Assembly (NCBI GenBank): GCA_963618935.1
Contig: CAVEVC010000107.1
Location: forward strand, 1-46,779
Length of the DNA stretch: 46,779 nt
DNA from: Clostridiales bacterium CCNA10
Lineage (GTDB): Bacteria > Verrucomicrobiota > Kiritimatiellia > RFP12 > UBA1067
Reading direction: 5' to 3'
The notes below the pieces were generated by a model, which had not been told where the DNA came from, searched no databases, and saw only the letters and a program-made list of their open reading frames with translations. This document shows positions 7,690-16,587 of this stretch, one piece after another. Numbering within the stretch: position 1 is the first letter of the stretch; each line of letters begins with the position of its first letter. The position numbers and the translations under genes were made by a program.

Positions 7690-8298
7690 GTGTACCCTTC
7701 TGGCCGCATGCAGACGGAGGGACAGGACGATTTCCTGGCGCTGGCGTTCCAGGAGCACCGCGAGCGCCTGCTGCGGCTCGCGGAACGGCACCTGAACCCC
7801 GTCCTGCGGCGGCGCGTCTCGCCCGAGGACGTGCTGCAGGAGGCCGCCGCAGGGGCCTACCGCTGGGGCGGCGACTTCATCAACAACAAGGACCTCCCGG
7901 TCTACTTCCGTCTGCGCGCCATCCTCCTGCAGGCGATCACCCACCTGGAGCGGCACCATCTGCAGTCCGCCAAGCGCGACGCCTACCGCGAGGCCGAGCC
8001 GCCGCCTGCGGACGACGGCGAGGAGGCCGTGCCGCCCTGGGACTGCATCCCCGACACGGCGACCTCGCCCCTCTCGGCCGCCGCGCGCGCCGACCGCCAC
8101 GCGATCCTCCGCCAGGCCCTGCGCGACCTCTCCGCGTCCGACCGCCAGATCGTCCTGCTGCGCAACTTCGACGACCTCTCCAACGCCGAGTGCGCGGCCG
8201 TGCTCGGCCTCGACGTGAAGGCCGCGAGCATCCGCTACGTCCGCGCGCTCCAGCGCCTCAAGGCGAAGCTCGTCGAATACACGGAATTCCAGGGATGA
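7690..8298 (+). CDS. ECF-type RNA polymerase sigma factor (kinase-associated, ECF43-like)
   Basis: Region 2-like segment: VSPEDVLQEAAAGAYR. Region 4 HTH: LSASDRQIVLLRNFDDLSNAECAAVLGLDVKAASIRYVRALQRLK. The GTG start lies 1 nt after the GH stop (alternative ATG at 7708). Its stop overlaps the kinase ATG. Confidence 0.8.
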   Translation: MYPSGRMQTEGQDDFLALAFQEHRERLLRLAERHLNPVLRRRVSPEDVLQEAAAGAYRWGGDFINNKDLPVYFRLRAILLQAITHLERHHLQSAKRDAYREAEPPPADDGEEAVPPWDCIPDTATSPLSAAARADRHAILRQALRDLSASDRQIVLLRNFDDLSNAECAAVLGLDVKAASIRYVRALQRLKAKLVEYTEFQG

Positions 8299-10763
8299 GC
8301 GCGGGCGGGAAGACCTTCGAGGCGCTCGTCGACCTCTACCTCGACCGGTGTCACCTCGGCGACGCGCCGGACATCGCCGCCTTCGCGGCCGCGCACCCCG
8401 AGCACGCCGCCGAGCTGCTGGAGACGCTGCCCCTCCTCGACGACCTGGAGACGATCGGCGACGCGGCGCGCGGGCGCTCCGCCGCCGCCGTCGCGGAACT
8501 GCCCGAGCTGCCCGGCTCCGACTTCCGCCTGCTGCGGAAGATCGGCGGCGGCGGCATGGGCGTCGTCTTCGAGGCCCGCCAGATCTCCCTCGACCGCCGC
8601 GTCGCCGTGAAGCTGCTCGCTCCCTCCCTCGTCTCGAACGCGGCGCGGCGCGGGCAGTTCGAGCATGAGGCGCGCCTCGTCGCTACGCTGCGGCATCCCG
8701 GCATCGTGAAGGTCATCGCGGCGGGGCAGTGCGCCGGCACCTGCTACTACGCGATGGAGCTTGTCGACGGCGAACGGCTCGACCGGCACGCCTTCTCAGA
8801 CCTCCGCGCCCTTGCCGACGTGGGCCTGCAGGCAGCCCGCGCCCTCGCCTACGCGCACGCCCAGCAGGTGATGCACCGCGACATCAAGCCGTCCAACCTG
8901 CTCCTCGACCGCCACGGCGCGGTCCACATCGCCGACTTCGGCCTCGCCTGCGCGCTGGAGGACGGCCGCGACGCGATCGACCGCCCAGGCGCCCAGAACG
9001 GCACGCTCCGCTACATGCCCGCCGAGCGGCTCATCCACGGCATCAGCTCCTTCCTCGGCGACCAGTACGCCCTCGGCGCGACGCTCTACGAGCTCATCGC
9101 CCGCCATCCCATCCTCACGGAACGCTCCTCCGCGCGCCTCTTCCGGCGCATCTGCACGGCGCCCGTGCCGCCCCTCTCCTGCGCGGAGCCCGACCTCGCG
9201 GCCATCGTCAACAAGTGCGTCGCCTACGACCCGCGCGACCGCTACCCCTCCATGGACGACCTCGCCGAGGACCTGCGCCGCTTCCTCGCCCACGAGCCGG
9301 TCCACGCCGCCCCCGCGCCCGCCCGGCGGCGCCTCGCCCTCTGGGTGCGCCGCAAGCCGCTCGTCGCCGCCCTCTCGGCCCTCGCCTCGGCCAGCGCGCT
9401 CTGCGCGGTCGGCGCGCTCGCCGTCGGCTACCTCCGCACGGAGGACGCGCTGCGGCGCGCCGAGCGCAACGCCGCCCTCGCCGGCGCCGCGCTCTCGGGC
9501 GTCTTCCGCAGCGTCGAGAGCCAGCCCCCCACGCGGCGCGACACGCAGCTCCTCTCCGAACTGCTCCCCTACTACGGCGAGCTCGCCCGCCGCCAGGACA
9601 TGCCGCCGGACAAGATCGCCGAGGCCAACCGCATCCTCGGCATCTGCGCCTTCCGCACGGGCAACTACGTCCTCGCCGAGCGGGCCTTCCGCCACCTCTC
9701 CGCCGCGCGCGCGACGGCGGCCGACCGCAACGGCCTCGCCGCCGCCCTGCGCCGCCAGGGCCGCGCCGACGAGGCGAACGCGATCTACCGCGACGTCGCC
9801 GACGCCTTCGCCGCCTCCGCCAACGCCGCCGACCGATTCGAGGCCGTGCGCGCCCTCAAGGCCCTCGCCCAGGACGACTACGGCAGCCCGGACCGCGTGC
9901 GCGCCTTCCAGATCCTCGCCGGCCTCCTCAAGGAATCCCCCCGCGACCCCGACTACCGCTACCAGTACGCCCTCATCCTCGGCGCGGACCCGCGCGTCTT
10001 CGCCGCCCTCCGCCTCCCCGGCCTCAAGCCCAACCCCACCACGATCCTCAGCCAGCTCGCCGACGAATACCCTGACCGCCCCGAATACGGCCTCGCGCTC
10101 GTCGACCTCGTGGAACGCCGCCTGCGCGCCTGCCGCAGCCCCCGCGCCGAGGACCTCTACGACTTCGCGCACACGATGGAGCGCGCGGACCGCCTGCTCG
10201 GGCGCTTCCCCAACATGCCGGACGTCGTCTCCGCCGTCATCCGCATGCGCGACGCCTACGTGAACTTCCTCCGCCGCATCGGCCGCGCCGCGGCCGCCGG
10301 CCAGATCCAGGCCCGCACCGCCGGCATGCTGGAAATGCTCGCCCACAGCCCCGAGACCCCCGCCTCCCAGCGCTTCCTCTTCACGGCGACAAACGGCGTC
10401 ACCTTCGCCTACCGGCAGATCGCCGTCAACCAGAGCCAGCCCGGCCCCACGACCCTCGTCACGATCCTCCACGGGCGGCAGGCGCGCGGATCGGACAACT
10501 TCCAGCAGCTCGCCACCCCCGCCCTCTTCCCGCTCCTCGACTACGTGCAGACGCACGGCGAGAAGACCGTCGTCCTCCTGCCGCAGTGCCCCGCGAAGGC
10601 CGACTGGAAGCAGCTGCGCAGGCCGCTGGACGAGCTCATGCGCCAGAAGGCGCGCGAGTTCCGAGTCCCGCCCAACCACATCGCCGAAATCGGCGCCGCC
10701 GCCCTCTCGGAGGAGGAGTGCGCCGGCCTCTTCGAGCGCGTGAACGCGCAGTTGACGCCCTAG
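8295..10763 (+). CDS. Ser/Thr protein kinase with TM segment, helical-repeat region and degenerate alpha/beta-hydrolase-like C-terminus
   Basis: Kinase motifs are present: GGGGMGVVFEA, VAVKLL, HRDIKPSNLLL, DFGLA. The TM segment is LVAALSALASASALCAVGALAVG. The C-terminus (TLVTILHGRQARGSDNFQQL...VVLLPQCP) looks like the first half of a COG4099-type esterase without a GxSxG elbow. Start is taken at the ATGA overlap (8295), not the track start at 8190. Confidence 0.85.
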   Translation: MSAGGKTFEALVDLYLDRCHLGDAPDIAAFAAAHPEHAAELLETLPLLDDLETIGDAARGRSAAAVAELPELPGSDFRLLRKIGGGGMGVVFEARQISLDRRVAVKLLAPSLVSNAARRGQFEHEARLVATLRHPGIVKVIAAGQCAGTCYYAMELVDGERLDRHAFSDLRALADVGLQAARALAYAHAQQVMHRDIKPSNLLLDRHGAVHIADFGLACALEDGRDAIDRPGAQNGTLRYMPAERLIHGISSFLGDQYALGATLYELIARHPILTERSSARLFRRICTAPVPPLSCAEPDLAAIVNKCVAYDPRDRYPSMDDLAEDLRRFLAHEPVHAAPAPARRRLALWVRRKPLVAALSALASASALCAVGALAVGYLRTEDALRRAERNAALAGAALSGVFRSVESQPPTRRDTQLLSELLPYYGELARRQDMPPDKIAEANRILGICAFRTGNYVLAERAFRHLSAARATAADRNGLAAALRRQGRADEANAIYRDVADAFAASANAADRFEAVRALKALAQDDYGSPDRVRAFQILAGLLKESPRDPDYRYQYALILGADPRVFAALRLPGLKPNPTTILSQLADEYPDRPEYGLALVDLVERRLRACRSPRAEDLYDFAHTMERADRLLGRFPNMPDVVSAVIRMRDAYVNFLRRIGRAAAAGQIQARTAGMLEMLAHSPETPASQRFLFTATNGVTFAYRQIAVNQSQPGPTTLVTILHGRQARGSDNFQQLATPALFPLLDYVQTHGEKTVVLLPQCPAKADWKQLRRPLDELMRQKAREFRVPPNHIAEIGAAALSEEECAGLFERVNAQLTP

Positions 10764-10769
10764 CCAGCC

Positions 10770-11279
10770 TTATTCCGCGCGGCGGGGGGCCTTGTCCGTG
10801 AGGTCGAGCAGGTCCTTCAGGGATCCGACGTCGGCGAGCGGGTCTTCCGCGCGGCGGCGCGCCCGCGCCGCCTGGTCTTCGGCGCGCGCGGCGGCGGCGC
10901 GCGCCTCCTTCAGCTCGTCCTCGAACTTCGCGGCGGCGGCCTCGGCGCGGCGGCGCGCCTCGTCCCGCGCGGCCTGGGCGCGCACCGCGTCGTCCCGGAG
11001 GCGGCGCGCCTCGGCCTGGACGCGGGCGAGCGCGTTCGTCGCCTCGGCAAGGGCGCGCGCGTGCGCGTCCTGCGCCGCCGCAGCGGCGGCGGCGGCACGG
11101 GCGGCCTTCGCCGCGCACTGCCCATGCTCCGCCGCAAGGCGCGCGTGCGCGTCCTCGGCGGCGGCCGCCGCCGCGCGCAGGGCTCGGTTCTCCTGCCCGA
11201 ACGTCCAGGCGAACCACCCGCCGGCCGCGCAGGCGGCCAGCAGGACCAGGACCAGCACCACGCCGAGGAAGGTCTTCAC
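10770..11279 (-). CDS. Membrane-anchored alanine-rich coiled-coil protein
   Basis: The GTG at 11279 overlaps the upstream stop (GTGA). It has an N-terminal TM helix (KTFLGVVLVLVLLAACAAGGWFAW). An Ala/Arg/Glu-rich helical region follows. The upstream 337 codons of the track ORF overlap the FAD oxidoreductase out of frame and were discarded. Confidence 0.55.
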   Translation of the reverse strand: MKTFLGVVLVLVLLAACAAGGWFAWTFGQENRALRAAAAAAEDAHARLAAEHGQCAAKAARAAAAAAAAQDAHARALAEATNALARVQAEARRLRDDAVRAQAARDEARRRAEAAAAKFEDELKEARAAAARAEDQAARARRRAEDPLADVGSLKDLLDLTDKAPRRAE

Positions 11280-12718
11280 GCAAGCACGACCTTCGCCTCG
11301 ACGAGCGCGGCCTGGAGCGCCTTGACGTCCAGCGCGCGCGGCGTGCAGCCCTTCAGGGCGGCCATCGCCGCCGCCGTGCCGGCGGCCTGCCCGGTGACGA
11401 AGCACGGGCAGATGAGGCGGAACGTGTCGATCGTGTCCGGCGCGCCGAGCATGCGCCCCGCGCAGAGGACGTTCTCGACGCCCTTCGGGAGCAGGGCGCG
11501 GTAGGGCACCTGGAAGGCCGCGTGCGTGCCGTCCTGCCCGAACATGCCGACCGAGTCGGCGGGGCGGAAGTCGCCGCGCAGCAGCGCGCGGTCGACGATC
11601 AGCTCGGCGTCGATCAGGCGCGAGGCGCGCGGGCCGATCTGCGAGCAGGTGTTCGCGATGAAGACCTGCTCCCAGCCGGGCTCCTGGCGCATCGCCGCGA
11701 CGTGTTCCCACCACTTCCTGCGGAAGTCGATCTCCGCCGCCGTGAGGTCGCGCACGTCCAGGCCGTTGCCCTTCGGGCCCGTCCCGAAGTTCCCCCACCA
11801 GGTGGAGGGGTTCGCCTCGTTCGAGCGCACGGGCCACTTGCTGAGGACGGACGCCTTGACCTTGCCGTCGGCGCCGCGCGGCGGGGCCTTCGCGGTGACG
11901 CGGTCCATGTTCGCGAGGCGCACCACGTGGCCGATGCCGTGCGTGATCTGGCGGTAGTCGCCGCCGGCCGCGAAGAGGACGTCGCCGTCGCCGGTGCAGT
12001 CGACGACCTGCTTCGCGAGGATCGCCTGCTTGCCCTGCTTCGACTCGAAGACGACGCCGAGGACCGTGTTCCCCTGCTGGACGACGTCGACGCCCCAGCA
12101 GTGGAAGAACATGTCGATCTTCTCCTCGGCGACCATCGTGTCCATCAGGTACTTCGCGCCCTCGGGGTCGACCGTCGGCTGCCAGTGGGTCCGCTCCAGC
12201 TTCGCGGGGCGCGGCCGGCACACGTAGCCGCCGAGCGCGATCGCGCGGTCCGCGAACTCCTCCGCGAGGCCGCGCGTGACGAGGCGCCACGTGCCGCCCT
12301 CGCGCCTCTGGGAGGTGCAGAGCATGATGAGGACCATGCCGTTCGTGAAGAGGCCGCCCAGCGAGCCGTAGCGCTCGACGAGCGCGACCTTCGCGCCCGC
12401 GCGGGCGGCGGCGATGGCGGCGGCGAAGCCGGCGGGGCCGCCGCCGACCACGACGACGTCCGTCCTGTGGAAGACCGGCACCTCGCGCGCGGGGCAGACG
12501 ACCTTGCCGTCCTTGAGCGCGCAGCTCGGACCGTCCTCGATCGTGTGGCCGAGGGGGAAGATGTCCTTGCCGAACCAGACGTTGTCCGGGTCGCCCACGG
12601 AGCCGGGCGGCAGGCGGTTCTTCGTCTTCACGAACTCGTCCGCCACGAGCGGCGCGCCCGCCAGGGCCGCGCCGCCGATGCCGAGGCGCTTCAGGAACTC
12701 TCTCTTGCTGATGTTCAT
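11276..12718 (-). CDS. TAT-exported FAD-dependent oxidoreductase (FAD_oxidored family)
   Basis: It has a twin-arginine-type signal (SKREFLKRLGIGGAALAG). The dinucleotide-binding motif is DVVVVGGGPAGFAAAIAAARAGAKVALVE. Confidence 0.8.
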   Translation of the reverse strand: MNISKREFLKRLGIGGAALAGAPLVADEFVKTKNRLPPGSVGDPDNVWFGKDIFPLGHTIEDGPSCALKDGKVVCPAREVPVFHRTDVVVVGGGPAGFAAAIAAARAGAKVALVERYGSLGGLFTNGMVLIMLCTSQRREGGTWRLVTRGLAEEFADRAIALGGYVCRPRPAKLERTHWQPTVDPEGAKYLMDTMVAEEKIDMFFHCWGVDVVQQGNTVLGVVFESKQGKQAILAKQVVDCTGDGDVLFAAGGDYRQITHGIGHVVRLANMDRVTAKAPPRGADGKVKASVLSKWPVRSNEANPSTWWGNFGTGPKGNGLDVRDLTAAEIDFRRKWWEHVAAMRQEPGWEQVFIANTCSQIGPRASRLIDAELIVDRALLRGDFRPADSVGMFGQDGTHAAFQVPYRALLPKGVENVLCAGRMLGAPDTIDTFRLICPCFVTGQAAGTAAAMAALKGCTPRALDVKALQAALVEAKVVLA

Positions 12719-12731
12719 CTGGTCCGTCTCC

Positions 12732-14498
12732 TCATGTTTCGGGGGGAATCGAAGGGGCGCAGGTCGCGGGCGTTCCGGCGCCGGCCGCCGGCTCCGCGCG
12801 CGCGGCCTTGTTCTTCGAGGCGCGCGACTCGTGGGCGACCTCGCCGGAGTCAGCGGGCTTCGCCTTCGCCTTCTCCACCATCGCCGCGACCTGCTTCGCG
12901 TCGATGCGCGTGGCGAGGTATTCGTACTTGGCGATCGGGGCGTTCTCGACCGTCCGCGCAGCGTCGTCCCAGGCGTAGGGGGCCTCGCCGAAGAGCGCGG
13001 CGGCCTTCTCCGCGTAGACGGGGAGGATGGGCTTCAGGTAGATCGCGAGGATGCGGAAGACGTTGAGGACAGCCGTGAGGGTGGTGCGGGTCGCCTCGGC
13101 GCCGCCGGGGGCCTTGACGGTCTTCCAGGGCTCGCGGCGGTCGAAGTATTCGTTTGCGGCGTCGGCGATCTTCGTCACCTCCACGGGGACCTGCGAGAAG
13201 CGGCGGTCCTCGTAGTGGCGGGCGATCGCGTCCGCGCGGCCGCGGGCGGCGGCGACGAGCGCGGCGCCTTCCGCGTCGAGCGTTCCGAGGCGGCCTTCGA
13301 GGTTCTTGTTGAGCATCTGCGCGCCGCGCGAGGCGAGGTTCGTGATCTTGCCCACGAGGTCGCCGTTCACGCGCTGCACGAAGTCCTGCAGGTTGAGGTC
13401 CATGTCGTCCGTCGTGCCGCCGAGCTTGCAGGCGTAGTAGTAGCGCAGGGCCTGGGCGGGCAGGTGGTCGAGGTAGGTGCGGGCGTTCACGAAGGTGCCC
13501 TTCGACTTCGACATCTTCTCGCCGTTGACGGTGAGGAAGCCGTGGACGAAGATCTTGTCCGGCTGCGCGAAGCCGGCGGCGTGGAGCATCCCCGGCCAGA
13601 AGAGGCAGTGGAAGCGGATGATGTCCTTGCCGATGAAGTGGTAGCGCTCGGCGCGGGGGTTCTGCCAGTAGTCGTCGAAGGACTTCCCGTTCTTCGCGCA
13701 CCAGTTCTGGAGGGCGGCGAGGTAGCCGATCGGGGCGTCCACCCACACGTAGAAGTACTTGCCGGGGTGGCCGGGGATCTCGAAGCCGAAGTAGGGCGCC
13801 GCGCGGGAGATGCACCAGCCGCGCAGGGGCTCGCTGAACCATTCGAGGAGCTTGTTCGAGACGTCGCTCGTCGTGTGCTCCGGGATCCACGTGCGCAGGT
13901 AGTCGTGCTGGGGCTCCAGCTCGAAGTAGAGGTGCTCGGAATCCTTCACGACGGGCGACGCGCCGCAGGTCGTGCAGACGGGGCTGCCCAGCTCCTCGGC
14001 GGCGTAGGTGGCGCCGCACCGGTCGCAGCTGTCGCCGTACTGCCCCTCCGCGCCGCACTTGGGGCACGTGCCCTTCACAAAGCGGTCGGGCAGGAACATC
14101 CGGCAGCGCGCGCAGTAGAGCTGCGGCGTCGTGCGCTTCGTGATGCCGCCGGACTTCTCCATCGCGGCGAAGAACTGCTCGGAGAGGGCCTTGTTCTCGG
14201 GCGCGTTCGTCGAATAGTAGTTGTCAAAGGCGATCTCGAAGTCCGTAAAGTCCTTCAGGTGCGCGGCGTGGCTGCGGGCGATCAGCTCCTCGGGCGTGAC
14301 GCCCTCCTTCGCCGCGCGGATCATGATCGGGGTGCCGTGGGTGTCGTCGGCGCAGACGTAGACGCAGTCGTTGCCGCGCATCTTCTGGAACCGGACCCAG
14401 AAGTCGGTCTGGATGTATTCCACCAGATGCCCCAGGTGGATGTCCCCGTTGGCATACGGCAGGGCGGATGTGACGACGATGCGGCGCTTCTCTGACAT
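12732..14498 (-). CDS. metG: Methionyl-tRNA synthetase
   Basis: HIGH-type motif PYANGDIHLGH, Zn-knuckle CPKCGAEGQYGDSCDRCG and the KMSKS motif are all present. Confidence 0.95.
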   Translation of the reverse strand: MSEKRRIVVTSALPYANGDIHLGHLVEYIQTDFWVRFQKMRGNDCVYVCADDTHGTPIMIRAAKEGVTPEELIARSHAAHLKDFTDFEIAFDNYYSTNAPENKALSEQFFAAMEKSGGITKRTTPQLYCARCRMFLPDRFVKGTCPKCGAEGQYGDSCDRCGATYAAEELGSPVCTTCGASPVVKDSEHLYFELEPQHDYLRTWIPEHTTSDVSNKLLEWFSEPLRGWCISRAAPYFGFEIPGHPGKYFYVWVDAPIGYLAALQNWCAKNGKSFDDYWQNPRAERYHFIGKDIIRFHCLFWPGMLHAAGFAQPDKIFVHGFLTVNGEKMSKSKGTFVNARTYLDHLPAQALRYYYACKLGGTTDDMDLNLQDFVQRVNGDLVGKITNLASRGAQMLNKNLEGRLGTLDAEGAALVAAARGRADAIARHYEDRRFSQVPVEVTKIADAANEYFDRREPWKTVKAPGGAEATRTTLTAVLNVFRILAIYLKPILPVYAEKAAALFGEAPYAWDDAARTVENAPIAKYEYLATRIDAKQVAAMVEKAKAKPADSGEVAHESRASKNKAARAEPAAGAGTPATCAPSIPPET

Positions 14499-14531
14499 GT
14501 ACTCGAATCTCCTTCGGAAAAAACGTGGAGT

Positions 14532-14540
14532 ATTCTACCA
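14532..14540 (-). promoter_or_regulatory. Extended -10 element TGgTAGAAT upstream of metG
   Basis: The reverse complement reads TGGTAGAAT. It is followed by a short leader with a GAAGGAGA SD before the ATG at 14498. Confidence 0.45.
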
Positions 14541-14571
14541 TATTTTCGCCCCGCGGCGGGGACCGGCCCTC

Positions 14572-16575
14572 CTACTGGACCTTGCGGAAGACGACGACGA
14601 AGCCGCCCTCGGGGGCGACCGCGAGCGCGAGGGTCTCGCCGCGCGCGACGCGCCGCGTCGACTCGGCGAGGTCGGTCGCGTCGTCCGCCGCGCGAGGGCC
14701 GTCCGCGTAGACCGCCGCCTCCCACGCCGTGCCTGCGGGCAGGAAGTCGAGCGGCAGCGCAACCTCCTTCGCCGCGACGCCGAGGTAGGCCGCGTAGAAG
14801 CGCCCGTCGAACGTCTCGCGCACGACGCCGTAGTCCTCGCCGACCGCGCCCGTGAAGGGGCGCGTCGCGCGCCAGACCGTCGGGAGCGCGCGCAGGGCCC
14901 CGATCCCCTTTGCGCCCCGGTAGCGCTCCGGCCAGTCGCAGAGCGTCGTGAGCGGCGAGTCGTAGGCGACGCAGAGCGCGAGCGCGTGGGCGCGCGTGCC
15001 GATCTCCTCCGCCCAGATCGGGCGGCGGTCCGTCTCGTCGCCGTAGCGGTGCCCCTTCCGGCACTGCGGCGTGAACGCCGCCGTGTGGACGTTGGCGAAG
15101 CCGCCGGGCGTGAAGTCCCCGGGCCCGAGGAGGAAGCGCGTGAACGGCAGCGTCGCGCAGTGCGTCGGCGTGATCCTGTCCGTGAACTTCGTCATCTCGT
15201 TGCCGCGGATGCCCTCGCGCGTGATCTGGTTCGGCCACGTGCGGTTCATGCCGGTCGGCTTGAACGCGCCGTGGTAGTTGACGAGGAGGCGGTGCCGCGC
15301 GGCCGCGCGCACCGTGCTCTCGTACCACCGCACCATCCACTGGTCCTGGCGGTCGAGGAAGTCGATCTTCACGCCCTTCACGCCCCAGCGCGCGAGCTTC
15401 GCGAACGTCTCCTCCACGCCGTTGTCCTGCAGGGCCTCCCAGTGGAGCCACAGCCAGATGCCCACGCCCTTCTCCCGTCCGCGGGCGATGACGCGGTGGA
15501 GGTCGAAGCCCTTGCGGACCTCGATCGGCACGTCCGGGCCGTGGTTCGGGCGGCGCGCCCAGCCGTACCAGCCGCCGTCGATCGTGTGGTAGGGCCAGCC
15601 CATCTCGGCGGCGAAGTCCACGAGCTTGAGCGTGAGGTCGGTCGAGAGGGAGTTGTTCGACTCGACCCACCAGTCCCAGCTCGACGCGCCCGGCCTGACC
15701 CAGCTGAAGTCGAGGGACGGGTCCGGCGGCGGGTTGAGGTTCAGGACGAGGTCGGCGCAGCGGTCGACGAGGCCCGTGTCGGAGTCCGCGCAGGCCATCA
15801 CGCGCCACGGGCTCGCCGCCGGCGTCTGGCGGATGACGGCGACGTCCGGCGCGCAGGCGTTGGAGCGCGGCAGCGGGGTGAGCGCCGCCTCCAGCGTCGC
15901 CGCGCCCGGCGTCTGGCCCTTCTTCGGGACGCGGTAGTAGAGGCCGGCCCAGTTCGTGAGGTCCGCCTCGCAGAGGGCGACGCGCTGCGCGCCCACGTTG
16001 ACGACGGCGGGCATGCCGACAAGTTCCTTCGCCTGGAGGCTGGCGAGCGGACGCCGCCGAAAGTCCTCTTCCTGCGACGACACCCAGCCGCCGTAGCTCG
16101 TGAACCAGCCGTCCACGCCTTCCGGGAAGCGCCATTCGGTCAGCTCGCCGCGCAGCTGGAACCCGTCGAAGGCGGGCTGCTCGGAAACGACGTAGCGGAA
16201 CGCGACGCCCTCGTCGTAGGCGCGGAAGACGAGCGCGAGGCGGCGTCCGGCGGCGTCTTCAAAGTCGAGCGTCAGCTCGTTCGCGCGGTCGCGCACCGTC
16301 TCCTTCCGGTAGAGGCGCGTCGTCCAGGTCTCGTCGAGCGTCCGGCGCGTCGCCTTCTTCAGCCGGAAGCCGCTCCAGGGCTTCGGGTCGATGAAGTCAA
16401 GGCCCAGTCGCGAGGGCAGGACGAGAGCGACGCCCTTGCGCGTCGCCGACCAGGAAAGGCCGTTCTCGACCTCGACGGACACGCGGAGCGTCCCGTCGGG
16501 CGAAACGAGCGTCTCGGCCGCGCAGAGCGCGCCGGCGCAGGCCGCCAGGGCGGCGACAAGCAGCGTCTTCCTCAT
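14572..16575 (-). CDS. Glycoside hydrolase family 97 (alpha-glucosidase/alpha-galactosidase type), secreted
   Basis: It has a signal peptide (MRKTLLVAALAACAGALCA). The GH97 core GVKGVKIDFLDRQDQWMVRWYE...LLVNYHGAFKPTGMNRTWPNQITREGIRGNE resembles SusB-type enzymes. Confidence 0.85.
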   Translation of the reverse strand: MRKTLLVAALAACAGALCAAETLVSPDGTLRVSVEVENGLSWSATRKGVALVLPSRLGLDFIDPKPWSGFRLKKATRRTLDETWTTRLYRKETVRDRANELTLDFEDAAGRRLALVFRAYDEGVAFRYVVSEQPAFDGFQLRGELTEWRFPEGVDGWFTSYGGWVSSQEEDFRRRPLASLQAKELVGMPAVVNVGAQRVALCEADLTNWAGLYYRVPKKGQTPGAATLEAALTPLPRSNACAPDVAVIRQTPAASPWRVMACADSDTGLVDRCADLVLNLNPPPDPSLDFSWVRPGASSWDWWVESNNSLSTDLTLKLVDFAAEMGWPYHTIDGGWYGWARRPNHGPDVPIEVRKGFDLHRVIARGREKGVGIWLWLHWEALQDNGVEETFAKLARWGVKGVKIDFLDRQDQWMVRWYESTVRAAARHRLLVNYHGAFKPTGMNRTWPNQITREGIRGNEMTKFTDRITPTHCATLPFTRFLLGPGDFTPGGFANVHTAAFTPQCRKGHRYGDETDRRPIWAEEIGTRAHALALCVAYDSPLTTLCDWPERYRGAKGIGALRALPTVWRATRPFTGAVGEDYGVVRETFDGRFYAAYLGVAAKEVALPLDFLPAGTAWEAAVYADGPRAADDATDLAESTRRVARGETLALAVAPEGGFVVVFRKVQ

Positions 16576-16587
16576 CGCCCGCCTTCC

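Noticed and set aside
5616-7709. 697-aa minus-strand ORF antisense to the GH gene (also 4748-6565 + in another frame)
   Set aside because: It is extremely R/G/P/A-rich with no motifs. It fully overlaps a well-supported CDS. It is a typical stop-poor shadow frame of high-GC DNA.
8796-10679. 627-aa minus-strand ORF opposite the Ser/Thr kinase (and 8729-10075 +)
   Set aside because: It has the same shadow-ORF composition (runs of G, R, A, E, V) and no domain signatures. The kinase frame carries all canonical motifs.
10770-12290. 506-aa version of the coiled-coil ORF
   Set aside because: Its first 337 codons overlap the FAD oxidoreductase out of frame and are R/G/P-rich. Only the part from the GTG at 11279 (TM helix plus coiled coil) looks like protein.
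12414-14495. 693-aa plus-strand ORF opposite metG
   Set aside because: It is antisense to an unmistakable metG and has low-complexity G/A/R/V composition.
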